Of a stretch of DNA of 64,000 nucleotides, positions 49,595 to 61,258 are shown in pieces. The DNA is taken from positions 992,001 to 1,056,000 of the forward strand of contig JBNJNM010000015.1 of the NCBI GenBank assembly GCA_052426225.1, read 5' to 3'. Within the stretch, counting starts at the first letter, position 1. Each line of letters starts with the position of its first letter. The stretch comes from Zancudomyces culisetae HAW-14-8. Lineage: Eukaryota; Fungi; Kickxellomycota. A program made the translations under genes and the position numbers. Under the pieces are notes generated by a model. The model had not been told where the DNA came from. It saw nothing but the letters and a program-made list of their open reading frames with translations, and made no database searches.

Positions 49595-50858
49595 ATCTGG
49601 CTACTACTAAGGTTGCTTCCAGATTTTTTTTGTTTTTTTTTTCTCTATTCACTTCAAACCCTTTCATTTGATTTCATAAACAGAAACTTGCGAATGATAG
49701 TAGCCAATCAAGAGTATTAGGTAAAAAAATATCGACACCTACATCTCCAAATATACGTAAAAAGCAATTTGTACTATCTAGTGCAGCAAATACAGTTAGA
49801 AATCTGAAAAGAAAGTTCGAATGTATATTTTTAACTGGCCAGATGCAAATAAAATGTGGTAATGATAACAGTTGCACGTTAAATTGGCGCAATCGAGGCT
49901 CATGAAAATCGGAATGAAAATGAATAAAAACTGCCCATAACCCACTCACTCCCTCAAGTTTTAAATATGAAATCCAAAAAAGGCTACACCTCCTGTTTAT
50001 AAATGCTCTACTGCATTTTCTTACATCATCACGCATCTACACAAGGTTTTTAATGTTATTAAAACTACAGCTATCACCTCTATTTGTTTTTGTTTTTGTT
50101 TTTCTCTATTTTTGAACATAGCTGAAAAAGGGGGATATATGGAAACTGAGAATACAGCATTGATGTAATAGTCTAAAAAATGGTCTCTCAGTTAGCTAAG
50201 TATCTGAGGGGGGGGGGGCAATACTTCATGCCTTAAAATAGTACAACAGCTGGTAATTCAATATACATCCATCCCCAAGACGTAAAACGCTATTCATGTT
50301 TTCTAGAAGCAAGAAACACAACGCTACATTTTTAGAAGCACAAGGGCGCGTTTCCTTTGAAAAAAAAAACAAAACAGAGTAAAATAACAACATACACTTC
50401 TATGGTAGAGTGTTTGGATGTGCTGTGGTTGTCTATGGATATTTGAGTTTATATGTTGTTTTTTGTTTGCTTTAGAACTTGAATGGTATTTATACAACCT
50501 GCGATATTCTATCAAAAGACGTTTTGGAAATACATCAACAAGATCGTTAAAAGCAGGACAGCGTCCATTGAGTTCAAATGTATGATATCAATTTACATTT
50601 CCAGGAAGCAGGCCTGATTTGCTTGCTTTTGAAAATCCGATAACTATCTAATTTGTTTCAGAGTTGTGTCATGAAGCTGATTTGCCCGCTCTTCTTTTAT
50701 TTCCGCGAATATGCCAAATTCGTTTCTTATGTATATTTGGGATAAAACCTTGGTTCAAACTCGTATAAAAAAAAGGAAGCGAAAAGGCAAAGAAAAGGAC
50801 CGAGGTTAATAAAAGACACTTTTATATATGATATAGGTTTATAAATAGGAACCTTAAG

Positions 50859-51818
50859 ATGCTCGCAGGTACAAAAGCTAGAATTCAGGGAACTACTTTA
50901 CGTTTTAAGCAATTTCATTCAATCAGGACAATGTCGAATCAGGTGAATAAATCTAGGTTTTGCTCACCAAAATACGTACTGGAAAACATTGACAATGTCA
51001 AAATAATTGACAGCTCCTGGTATTTGCCATTTATGAAGCGAAACTGTCTCGAAGAATTCACTCAATGCCGAATTAAAAACAGCGTGTTTCTGGACATAGA
51101 TAAAGTAAAAGACACCAGTATTGATTTACCCCACATGCTTCCAAAAACTGAGGATTTTAACAAATTCATGGACGAAAATGGAATTTCGAACGACGATCAG
51201 ATAATAGTGTATGACTCGAACGGATTTCTAAGTTCTTGCAGAGTCTTATGGCATCTAGAAGCCATGGGCCACAAGAATGTACTGTTGCTGGAGGGAGGAC
51301 TACCTTTATGGAAAAGTTTGGGATATCCAACCGAAACAGGTGCCTTTGTGGCTCCCAAACCAAAAAGCGGATATAATTCCCAAATACAGGACAGTCTGAT
51401 GGTAAACAAATCGATGATTTTGGATGCAATCAAGGAGATTGAGAGTGGGAACGCCTCAGTAGAAATAGTAGATGCGAGGCCATTTGAGCGATTTATCGGA
51501 AAGGTACCCGAACCCCGGCCCGGATTAACATGTGGACATATGCCAGGAGCAAAAAGCTTGCCTTCAACATCGATTACACGCACAGATAATACAACAGGCG
51601 CGGCCAAGTTGTTGGATAAGCCTGAGCTACTTAAAAAAATAGAAATAGCCGGTATTGACCTCTCCAAAAAGATATACACATCCTGTGGGAGTGGTGTCAC
51701 CGCCTCCGTATTATATGTTGCATTTAAAGAGCTGGGTGTGAAAGATGTCAGGGTATATGATGGCAGCTGGGCTGAATATGGACTTGATCGTGCAAACCCT
51801 CTTGCCACAGGAAATTAG
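50859..51818 (+). CDS. TUM1: 3-mercaptopyruvate/thiosulfate sulfurtransferase (tandem rhodanese) with mitochondrial-type presequence
   Basis: DSSWYLP, LPHMLP, VDARP..RF.G..PEPRPGL..GHMPG, active site CGSGVTA, YDGSWAEY. Confidence 0.93.
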   Translation: MLAGTKARIQGTTLRFKQFHSIRTMSNQVNKSRFCSPKYVLENIDNVKIIDSSWYLPFMKRNCLEEFTQCRIKNSVFLDIDKVKDTSIDLPHMLPKTEDFNKFMDENGISNDDQIIVYDSNGFLSSCRVLWHLEAMGHKNVLLLEGGLPLWKSLGYPTETGAFVAPKPKSGYNSQIQDSLMVNKSMILDAIKEIESGNASVEIVDARPFERFIGKVPEPRPGLTCGHMPGAKSLPSTSITRTDNTTGAAKLLDKPELLKKIEIAGIDLSKKIYTSCGSGVTASVLYVAFKELGVKDVRVYDGSWAEYGLDRANPLATGN

Positions 51819-54056
51819 CACAAGAAAGTGGCTTTCCCCTCGAAGATATGCAATCTACCAGCATCTCATTCACTACTATCTAAAGGAAGGAAGGGAGGGT
51901 TATTTTTCTTTGTTTTTATATTTTTATAAAGGCTATAAGCTTTCAATCTAATAAACCTGAAAGTGCCATTTTTGAGGAAATGGCTTCGTATTGTGGAATT
52001 GTGCTCAGTTCTGATTTAAAAATGGTTTCAGCTGCTAAATGCGTGTTTCTTTAAGCAAAGCTATTTGTAGAGGGGATACACAGCTGTTGGAAACGAGCTA
52101 ACTCTGTGTATATTTTACTTTTAGGTATCAAACATGAGAAAAGCTACAGGGTTTTGACGTCTTTGAAGGTACATGATTGTGCATATAGAGATATAATGGT
52201 ATCAAGTCAGCACTACTTGGGTATACACGTTCATGTACTAATGGACATCACAACTACTGGCTATTGTCATGGTAAGGGCATGAACACATGTTTTTTTGGC
52301 GTGTTGTCTTTGTCCAAATGGTACACAGTTTTTTTTATATTTTTTTGGTCAAAAGCACCTATATTATCTTGTAGATACACCTTGGCTTGTTTTTACACTT
52401 TCAAAACATGGTCATTGCGATATCGCTTAAAAGGATAGGTGGAGAATGTTGGTCTCTGCTTGCATTGGTATGTGCAAAGCTATCTGATTGGATTGGTCTT
52501 TGAACCACCTTTTTTTTTTGTTTGGCTCGCAAAAAGATAGCAACAAGAACAATATACTATTCAGCCTTTAGCTTTCTTTACATGACAAAACGCCTAGTCA
52601 AACCTTAAAAGGCGTAGGCTGCCTAAAATTTATGCACTTTTTGTACCTCCAAAATTACATGAACCAAAAAAGCAGTTATGTGGATTTCAGAAGACGAATA
52701 GGAAAAAATCAGAGTCAACACCACCCACATGATTGGTTAGTTTAAAGCAAACTGCTATTGAGGACAGCACGTACTAATCGTCACATCGAGGAGGAAAAGA
52801 GGAGTTAGATAGACAAAAAGGAGGCGTTTGTTTCTGGTTTTGCTCCTCCCTCTTCATCTTTTATTGGTTTTTCCCAAGCCCACCACACCAAAAGGTCGGT
52901 GTTTAGGCTGAGCGGGTGGTTTATTTTTTTAAATTTTATTTTGTCTTGCCCTTTAAAGTTGAGGGTATACAACTGCACCTAAAAAAAAACACGCCAGGTG
53001 GGCTTAGTATAAAGAGTGAGGCTAATAAACAAACATAGCCAAAATAGTGTTACTAAAAGCTGAGTGGTAGTACGAATACACAGCCTCAAAAGTCAGTATC
53101 TAATCAAATTATCTGTTTTAGAGTTGATGTGGTTATGTGTGTCGGACTATCAAGAGTGAAAGAACCACAAACGATTCATAGGGTCACTTTCATTTAATCT
53201 AACATACGTCAAACTAATTGCGTCAGACTAGCATTGCAAAGAGTCAAAAAGACCAAGAAGGTTTAAAAGAAATGAGGTTAATCAAAACTCAGCCTTTACC
53301 ACTGAACAATACTATTGGCACACACCAATTCTCTCTAAACACTAAAGTAATGGCAAAGAGAAAGCTTGACCTGGCGTAGAATTATAAAGTATAGTTAGCT
53401 ATATGCCATCTCCCTAGTTTATTTTATTTTAGTTTAGTTTTTGGTGAAGTTAGAGCATACTGTAGCAAAACAAACCACACGTATTTGTTATATAAGTACA
53501 CCAATTCACGAAGGTGATGCATTCTTATGGTCACCATAATAGATCTATTTATAATATATAGAAACCATTAGTACTCTTATCGATTACATAGCATTTTTTA
53601 AGCATAAAAATACGACTTTAAACGTTTATCTACAAAACTTTGTTTTAAAATCAGCTTTGGTTATCATACATATTTCTATATATCAATTTCCCTTCCCATA
53701 TCACACACAGGTATTTAACTGGTTTTGGACAGGGTGTATTTGGTGCTTATTATATTTACGAGAGAATACCTATAAAAAAAATTAAGAAAAGAACCCGAGA
53801 CATCCAACCTTGGTACTGTTGCCAATTCACGAAGTAGATCAGTTTACAATAAAAGTAATGCAACATCTCTGACACAAAGCTTTGGTGAAGAACAGATTAA
53901 AAGATAATACAAACGTGGAGTAAACGCACACTCAACTTTTAGGAATTTACAACCATCCCAAGTTTTAAAAATATCGAAGCAAGCAAGATTGAATATAGCC
54001 TTCACTGCAATTAGTTACAATAAGGTTCAACATTTTTACGGAAATACAAAAAAAAG

Positions 54057-56654
54057 ATGGATGTCAAGTCAAGGATACACAGTTTAGGCTCAAATTTTAC
54101 TGAACATGATGCATTGCATACACAAAACCAACAGACAGGAAATGCAGAAATATCGTTGGAATCAATCTTCCTAAAGGACAACATAGGTTCAGAAAATCTG
54201 TTTCTTTCTTCAAACTTCTTAAATCAACGAAATGATACCACACTTTCGTTTGGAAAAGCATCACTAACTAAGTCTTCACATGAAGAATCAGACAAAAAGA
54301 ACTTAAAGCTCAAATACAGTAAAGATGAACAGTGTGAAAATAAAGAGCCCAATGTTATGTCAACTGGCAAAAGTAATAGTGGGGGAGTGATGACAGTCAC
54401 AAGCACAGAAAATACTGCTAGTGAGAACGAGAGCTCCAAAACAAACAACAACCCCAAGGGCGCAAACGAAAAAGAGGTGATCAAATATTACTGTGAATAC
54501 TGCAATAAATCATTTACAAGACCATCTTCTCTTACCATACATATTTATACACACACAGGTGAAAAACCACACGAATGTACTTTCCCAGGTTGTATGAAAA
54601 GGTTTTCTGTACTGAGTAATTTGAGAAGACACTTAAAGCTGCATAAGAACCAACAAGCACTTGTATATGGTGCATATGGCTATGGCAACAGGTTTGGGTA
54701 TAACACGTATGCACCGTTTCTACGGTATGAAAATAGATTAAATGCAAACTCTCTTCCAATCATGGCAGGTGGATCAAAGTCTCAAGGCTCGCTTATCTTG
54801 CCTAGAGAGTATCCTATAAGTCAAATATATTCTAATCCTGCCTTCTATGATCCGCGCGAGTTTATGTATGGTAACTCAAGTTTTATGAATACACAAGACC
54901 TCTATGGGTACAATAACAGAGCGGATGGTGAAAGTGAAGCATTAAAAAGAGCTTTGGAAAATGATATAACAAGACAACTTCAGAAAGGTAAAATGGAAAA
55001 AAGGCACAAAAAGCACGAAAATAAGCTAAAAGACAAAGAAAAAGATCCACATGATACAAAAATGCCAGGTTATGTAAACAGTAATAGCAGTCTGTCCAAC
55101 ATTGCAGTTAATAATGACACCAACAAGATATCACACGCTTCTCCTACACTTAAAAGGGGTCTAGGAATTGAGAATGAATTTTTCCCAATGTCAAAAAAGT
55201 TAAACGCAGAGCCTACAAAAGTTGGTATCCTCTATGATAACACGGACGATATGGTTAGCTCAGTGCTTTTTAACAAAGCCTTTGGAGCTCAGAATAGAAG
55301 CACAGATACTATCTTTAATACGGGCAACCTAGAAAAATCAAACAAGCCAATTCAATTCGACCAACTCATGCAATTCAACGAAAGACAACTATTCACAAAC
55401 CAAGAAACACAGAACAAGTTTTATAACATGATGTCTATCAACGGTCTTCAGGCCGTTGAAAATAACAGCAACAGCAACAGCAATAGAAACAGTAACAATG
55501 GCGATATATCCATAACTGGATTTAATACCAACACCACACATCCAACAAACCCAACTGAAGCATCAATGATAACCCAGCTCCCTGACTTTGAAAGAAATAG
55601 TGTGTCAAATACAAAGGTTGATGCAAACGCTACAGCAACACTGCTAGGTAGTGTTGATTCAACACCGAGCGTGTTTATGACAGGTGATAATAGAAATAGC
55701 CAGAGCAATGGTTTAGTAAATTCTGGCAGTACTACCCTCAAAAGTTCTGATCTTACTATGCTGTCGGGAACCAAACTAACACAGAACCATAGCATGCAAG
55801 ATGATGTCCTGAATGCACTACAAGCTCAAACCGATAGTGCATTATATGGATTTGAGAGCAGACCTGGTGTGAATAAGTTCCAGTTAGATCAGTTGTTTTT
55901 GGGTGTGCGAAATACATGTGGTTCATTTGGAACTGGTAAGCGCTGAACCATTTTTTATCTTTATACTTTATTATCATCTTTTACCAGGAGCGATTTTTTT
56001 GGCTTTATGGGATGATATGGCCATAATATAATAATAATAATAACATTATTATTATTAATACATCTTTTTCCAATCGGGTAAGAAACTGTTGAAAAGTACT
56101 AAATTTTTGCTATCAAATTAGAACCCTTTAAACAAAGTTTGTCTCAGCCCGGCATTGTCAACAACACCAACAGTAATGGTCTTGGAGATAGTATCAATGA
56201 CTCCATCTCAGCTCTTTTAGGTGGTGGCGCGAATAACTCTGCTTGTGATGGTAAAAAATTTCCAGCGGGCAATGATATCAGCCATGACAGCAACATTCAA
56301 CAACCCAGTGGTTATTCACTTGGCTCTACACAAAGCAGCATGTTGAAATCACAAGGTATGTTACTAGCTTTCTACGCTCTACTAACCAAAAAAAAAAAGC
56401 CGACGACATTTTTCCTTCTTTTGGAGGGGTGTCGGATGGCATAGTTTCTACAATATTTTTAAAAAGACCTATCTGCCAATTGTTGTCGATTCTTTGATTA
56501 AAATGATTTATATTCCCATGTATATATTGTTAACCTTTGCTAATATATGCTTGTAAATTCTGTACTTGTAGCAACAGGACTAAACAGCGAGGAGTCTACA
56601 TGCCTCATAAACGATAACGTTTACGAGTTTGTACAAAACATATTAAATGGCTGA
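54057..56654 (+). CDS. C2H2 zinc-finger transcription factor (two fingers); exons 54057-55935, 56122-56355, 56572-56654
   Basis: YYCEYCNKSFTRPSSLTIHIYTHTGEKPHECTFPGCMKRFSVLSNLRRHLKLH. N/S-rich tails. Both introns are phase-compatible. Confidence 0.9.
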
Positions 56655-57134
56655 ACACAAGGTGGTGCTGGACCAGTGCTTGTGCCTTTTTTCCCCCTCA
56701 AGTTGTATTATTAACCACAATTCCCATACCTAAGACCTTTTCCATTAGCAAATTAGTTATTATCTGTATTTGAAATGTATATTTATCGAGTTTGGTTTTT
56801 TTTATTAGTAAAGTAGTAAAAGCTGTTTTAAAAAGAAATTTCTACTCTTCATACCGTAGAATGTGGGAACCATTCTCAGTGATATGCAACCACCTGGTAC
56901 ATCAAAAAGAAGCTACTTGATAAAAGGTATTGTGGCTGTAGAATGATGATACCTAATTTAACTATCTTTTTGCCTATATGAGGAGTTCACAAAATGAAAA
57001 TGAAAATGAAAATAGAGACGAAAAGGTACACACACAAAAATAAAGAAGTCAGCAACCCCCCCCCCCCACAGCTATATGTATATAAGGGGTAAATGATGTG
57101 GTACACCAGCTATGAACACTGGGCTAGAGTAACA

Positions 57135-58900
57135 TCACAGCGAAGGTCTGGTGTTTACACCCGAATCCATAAGGTATCGCTTTACGTCATTTATCTTGAG
57201 CTGATCCCTATGAAAGACACCAGCAGCAAGGACAGCATCGGAACGAGCAATATTGATGGCTTGTAAGAAATGATCAGGCTTTCCAGCTCCACTTGAGGCA
57301 ACAATAGGGATGGTTACATGCTTTCTGACTAAAGAAAGCAACTCGAGATCATATCCGGAATTTGACCCATCAGTGTCAATGCAGTTGAGCAGAATTTCAC
57401 CAGCACCTAGTGCTTGTACCGCTGTCGCCAGTTGGACAACATCCAAATCACGCGCCTCACGGCCTCCCTTTACAGTAACTTGGAACCAGCAGTATTCTTC
57501 GTTGTTTGGACCAGGTTTCATTGTTTTTATAGTGGTGTGGGAAGTGCAGCTTGGATGGTCTACATACACACGTTTAGGATCTATTGAAACAACCACAGCT
57601 TGAGAGCCGTACTGTTTAGATATTTGTTCAACAGAACTGGAGCCGTCAAGGGTGCGGTTTGAATTTATGTAGTTTTCTGCAGCATAAACGGAGTCACTGC
57701 CTATAGATATCTTGTCAGCACCCGCTCTAAAGTACAAATCGGCGATGTCCACCGCACTATACACCTTATTTGAAGCTGGGTCAGTGATAGAACGAATTCC
57801 ACCTCCTACAGTCATAGGCACAAACACAGTCTTAGATGCTCGACGTAAAATCTCCAACATGGGATAGTCGTTAACGGGAATGTTTCTGAAGCTAGTAATG
57901 TTTAAAAATACAACTTCGTCCGCTCCTTCTGTATAGTATTTCGTAGCAAGATCGACTGGCTTTCCCAGATTTCTGACTTGCCCCTCACCTTTGTCTTCCC
58001 GAACATCATACTGGTCGCCCTTTGTTACCACCAGATCACCATGGTCATTCTCACGTACATCCATACATGCAACAACTCTGACAGAGAGTAATGATTCAAC
58101 GGCTTCTGGTTGAGTAGCTGTTCCCTGGGTGGCACCCACTCTTGGCATTGCATTTTTAATGAATTGCTCTAGAATTTTCAACCCCACTTTTCCTGATTTT
58201 TCAGGGTGGAATTGCGTTGCAAAAATGTTGTCTTTCCATACGGAACTTACAAATACCTCATCTTTGTATCTACTGGCACTATATACATAATCAAGCTGGT
58301 CCTCTGAACCTGTATACATTACTGCATACGAGTGAACAAAATAAAACGATTTATCCACAACCCCATAAAAATCATTGGCCTTTTCCCCTTCCTGGACTAT
58401 TACTGCCGAATTCCATCCGATATTTGGTACGGTTTTATTCTCATCACTGAACTTTGATACTCTACCCTTCAATATCCCGAGGCCCTGCTCTGAGGGACTT
58501 TCTTCTGAGCCTTCAAAGAGAACCTGCATCCCCACGCAAATACCCAGAAGTGGTTTTCCGGCTGCTACGTATTTTAGAAGCGGCTCTATAAAACCTTTAT
58601 TCCGTAGTTGCCTCATTGCATGGTCAAAGGATCCAACACCAGGGAAGATTACTTTCTATACATTTTTTTAAAAAAAGCAACAACAAAAGAGTGAAACTTG
58701 TGTTATTTATTAACACTGGTATACACAAATAAAAGTATATGATGTGCAAGTAATGCTATTATTACCTTTGCATTCTCAAAATCCTTTTCATTTTTTATCA
58801 CGTTTATTTTGTAACCCAAGAATTCAACTGCATTGATAACACTTCCGGAATTGCCTGCTCCGTAGTCAAGTAGATATAATCCGTCGTTGCTCTGGTCCAT
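57135..58900 (-). CDS. HIS7: Imidazole glycerol phosphate synthase, fused HisH-HisF; exons 58900-58766, 58655-57135
   Basis: LDYGAGN, FPGVG, GICVGMQ, FVHSY, QFHPEKSG, ACMDVREND.GDLVVTKGDQYDVR, GADKISIGS. Confidence 0.97.
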
Positions 58901-59950
58901 TTTTGATTATTTATTTCTAGTATTGTTGTATACCTCTAATTATGTTTTAACAGTGAGATGATTCCTCAATAACGCTTGTATACAGATAGACAAATAGATA
59001 TGTGTTTATGTATGAACACGAAATTTCCCTTTAGGGTTTGTTTTAATTTTCACTTCAAATACTTTGGTGTTATTTTAAATAAACTCACCTCTGAACACTT
59101 GAAACCTTTTGTCTGTTTATTGCTCAGGGTAGTTATGGTTTATAGAGTCATAACGGTTTTAGGTGTATCATACGAGAAAAAGTGTGCCAATCTCTGGGCA
59201 ATAATTGTGTTCTATTTCAATTGAAGACGTCATAAAGTGTAACTATTTACATAAACCTCTGATCTAAAAAATTTTTTTTCAAAGCAATATAGGATTTATC
59301 TGTTACAAAAAAATAGGGTAATAAACAGGTTCTCTAAAAAAAAAAGCAAGTTACTGCTAGAATGCCTGGTTTTTATTTAGTTTTGGTTAGGAAAGGTTGC
59401 AGGCGGAAACTCAGTAATACCATCCTCACGGCTATATCTTAGACACTGCGAATAAAAAGAAGCTATACTCAAAAGCACATAATGTATCGGTACGCCCCCT
59501 ACATATGTGAGGTTGGAAATGAAGTGAGCAGATTCAGAACACATCCGGACTAACACTAAAGAATAATGATACAAAAACTGGATACGACTGCCAAACACAT
59601 GCCTATGTGATTTACAAGACATCTGCCAAGCCAACTCTGGCCTATAGTACTAGAGGTTGCTGAAGTCTCGATACAACCTAAGATACGTCCCAGCCAACAT
59701 CCACGCCGACAGCTATTATCCAAGCCGATATACAATCCCCCCCCCCTCAATACAGCTTGGAGACTAACACAGTTAGTTTACGATGGAGTCAGTTCATGAG
59801 CGGACATTGTAGGTGTATAGAAGGGGCGATATTTGAGAATGCGTCACGGAGAGCGAGGTTGTAGTTGGGAGGGAAGCTAACCACTTAATGCAGGAGAAAA
59901 GGGGCGTATATTTACAAATGATCGCATTGTTTGATATCATAGCCTTCATA

Positions 59951-61258
59951 CTAGTTGGGAGTACTGCTGGTGTTTTGATCAGCGCCATCAGTCAAGAAGC
60001 TTTCTTTCTTAAATCCGGGATGCTCTGTTGAGGATGGGACAATTCTGATTTTTTTCTTAATAGAGTGTATGTCTAAGTTTTCAATGCTGGGGGAAGTGCT
60101 TGCCTGGTTGGTATCCACCCCCGCTTCACCCAAGGCGTCAGATAACCTACGCTTACTTGGGTCAGTAATCCGAGATACTCCCATTGGTGACGACGAATTT
60201 TGTTTGGTAGAGTCTTTGGGACTGCTCTTCTCGGTATTAGAGGGTGTATCGTCATTATTGTTAGATAGTGCTACACCGCTCTCTTCATCCTCTTGTTTCA
60301 TATCATGGCTAGCATACCCCCCATTTGGTGTTTCAACTGCGTTGTACAGCGGCAAGTTATCAGACATTATTTTAAAAATACTGTTGGTTCCCAAGCTACT
60401 TAGCCTAGCCTCCTTTTCTTCTCGCATTCTTGCTCTTCTTCTTGCATTTCTTTCTCGCTCCTTTTGAAGATATAGTGCATATGCTGCTGGATCTTTTTTA
60501 AGCTCCTGTCTCTTGATACGCTTTTTTTCTGCGTCCGCAATTCTCGATGCTGCTCTTTTATCATGTGAATTCCCGTTAACTAGCATGGAAGACCCGTGGC
60601 CATTATAATTCGAACCCATATCCTCGTAGTACTCTGGAGATGAGTATGATTTTTCTGGGGTATTGCTCTCACTTTCTCTCTCCCTACTGTGGCATTGATA
60701 TTTTCCATCAGCCCACTCGCTGGTAGTTGAGTTTTCACGAATCACGCCATATTCACGTTCTCCCCTTTCTGAAAGTGTTGCCGAAGTCGGTTTTATACGA
60801 TCAATAAATCCTGTATTTGGCGCGGATTGTGATGTATGTGAATTTACTATAACACTTTTGTAATTGGTACCATGTTGTTTGTTTAAACCATTGTTTGCAT
60901 ATGCATTTTTCCGCGAAGCATGTTCTATGCGCTCTCTCCTCCCTCTATTCACAATCCCCACTGTCCATTTAAGAGCCTCTAATGCCTCAAGAAATCTGAC
61001 TCTTTTACCAAATGCTGTGATACCCAACTCGTCCCTTAACACAACGTTTGTGATATAATTTAGTAATACATGTCCATCCAGCGAGTGTGTCCTGACTATA
61101 GGTACCAAATCTTCGAGCTTAGGATCCGTCCTTACCCATCTACATACCTCCTCCACCGTCCATTCCCGCGGATCTGCGCCACCATGCCCATGACTATCCG
61201 GCGGTTGAGCCATCTTTCTTGCGCCATTAACTTTTGCCGGCTCTTCTTGTTCAGTCAT
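59951..61258 (-). CDS. SAM-domain protein with basic coiled-coil segment (435 aa)
   Basis: SAM motif DPREWTVEEVCRWV...SLDGHVLL.....LRDELGITAFGKRVRFLEAL. Basic helix KERERNARRRARMREEK. Confidence 0.8.
   Translation of the reverse strand: MTEQEEPAKVNGARKMAQPPDSHGHGGADPREWTVEEVCRWVRTDPKLEDLVPIVRTHSLDGHVLLNYITNVVLRDELGITAFGKRVRFLEALEALKWTVGIVNRGRRERIEHASRKNAYANNGLNKQHGTNYKSVIVNSHTSQSAPNTGFIDRIKPTSATLSERGEREYGVIRENSTTSEWADGKYQCHSRERESESNTPEKSYSSPEYYEDMGSNYNGHGSSMLVNGNSHDKRAASRIADAEKKRIKRQELKKDPAAYALYLQKERERNARRRARMREEKEARLSSLGTNSIFKIMSDNLPLYNAVETPNGGYASHDMKQEDEESGVALSNNNDDTPSNTEKSSPKDSTKQNSSSPMGVSRITDPSKRRLSDALGEAGVDTNQASTSPSIENLDIHSIKKKIRIVPSSTEHPGFKKESFLTDGADQNTSSTPN

Noticed and set aside
53501-53834. 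13-nt direct repeat CCAATTCACGAAG (53501 and 53822) upstream of the C2H2 gene
   Set aside because: Only two copies, no spacer array (not CRISPR) and no element between them; function is unsupported.
59912-59953. Possible stop-codon readthrough of the SAM gene (TAG followed by YEGYDIKQCDHL*)
   Set aside because: The context is not a known readthrough motif (no TGA-CTA or CARYYA), the extension does not end in a PTS1, and 12 open codons are expected by chance.
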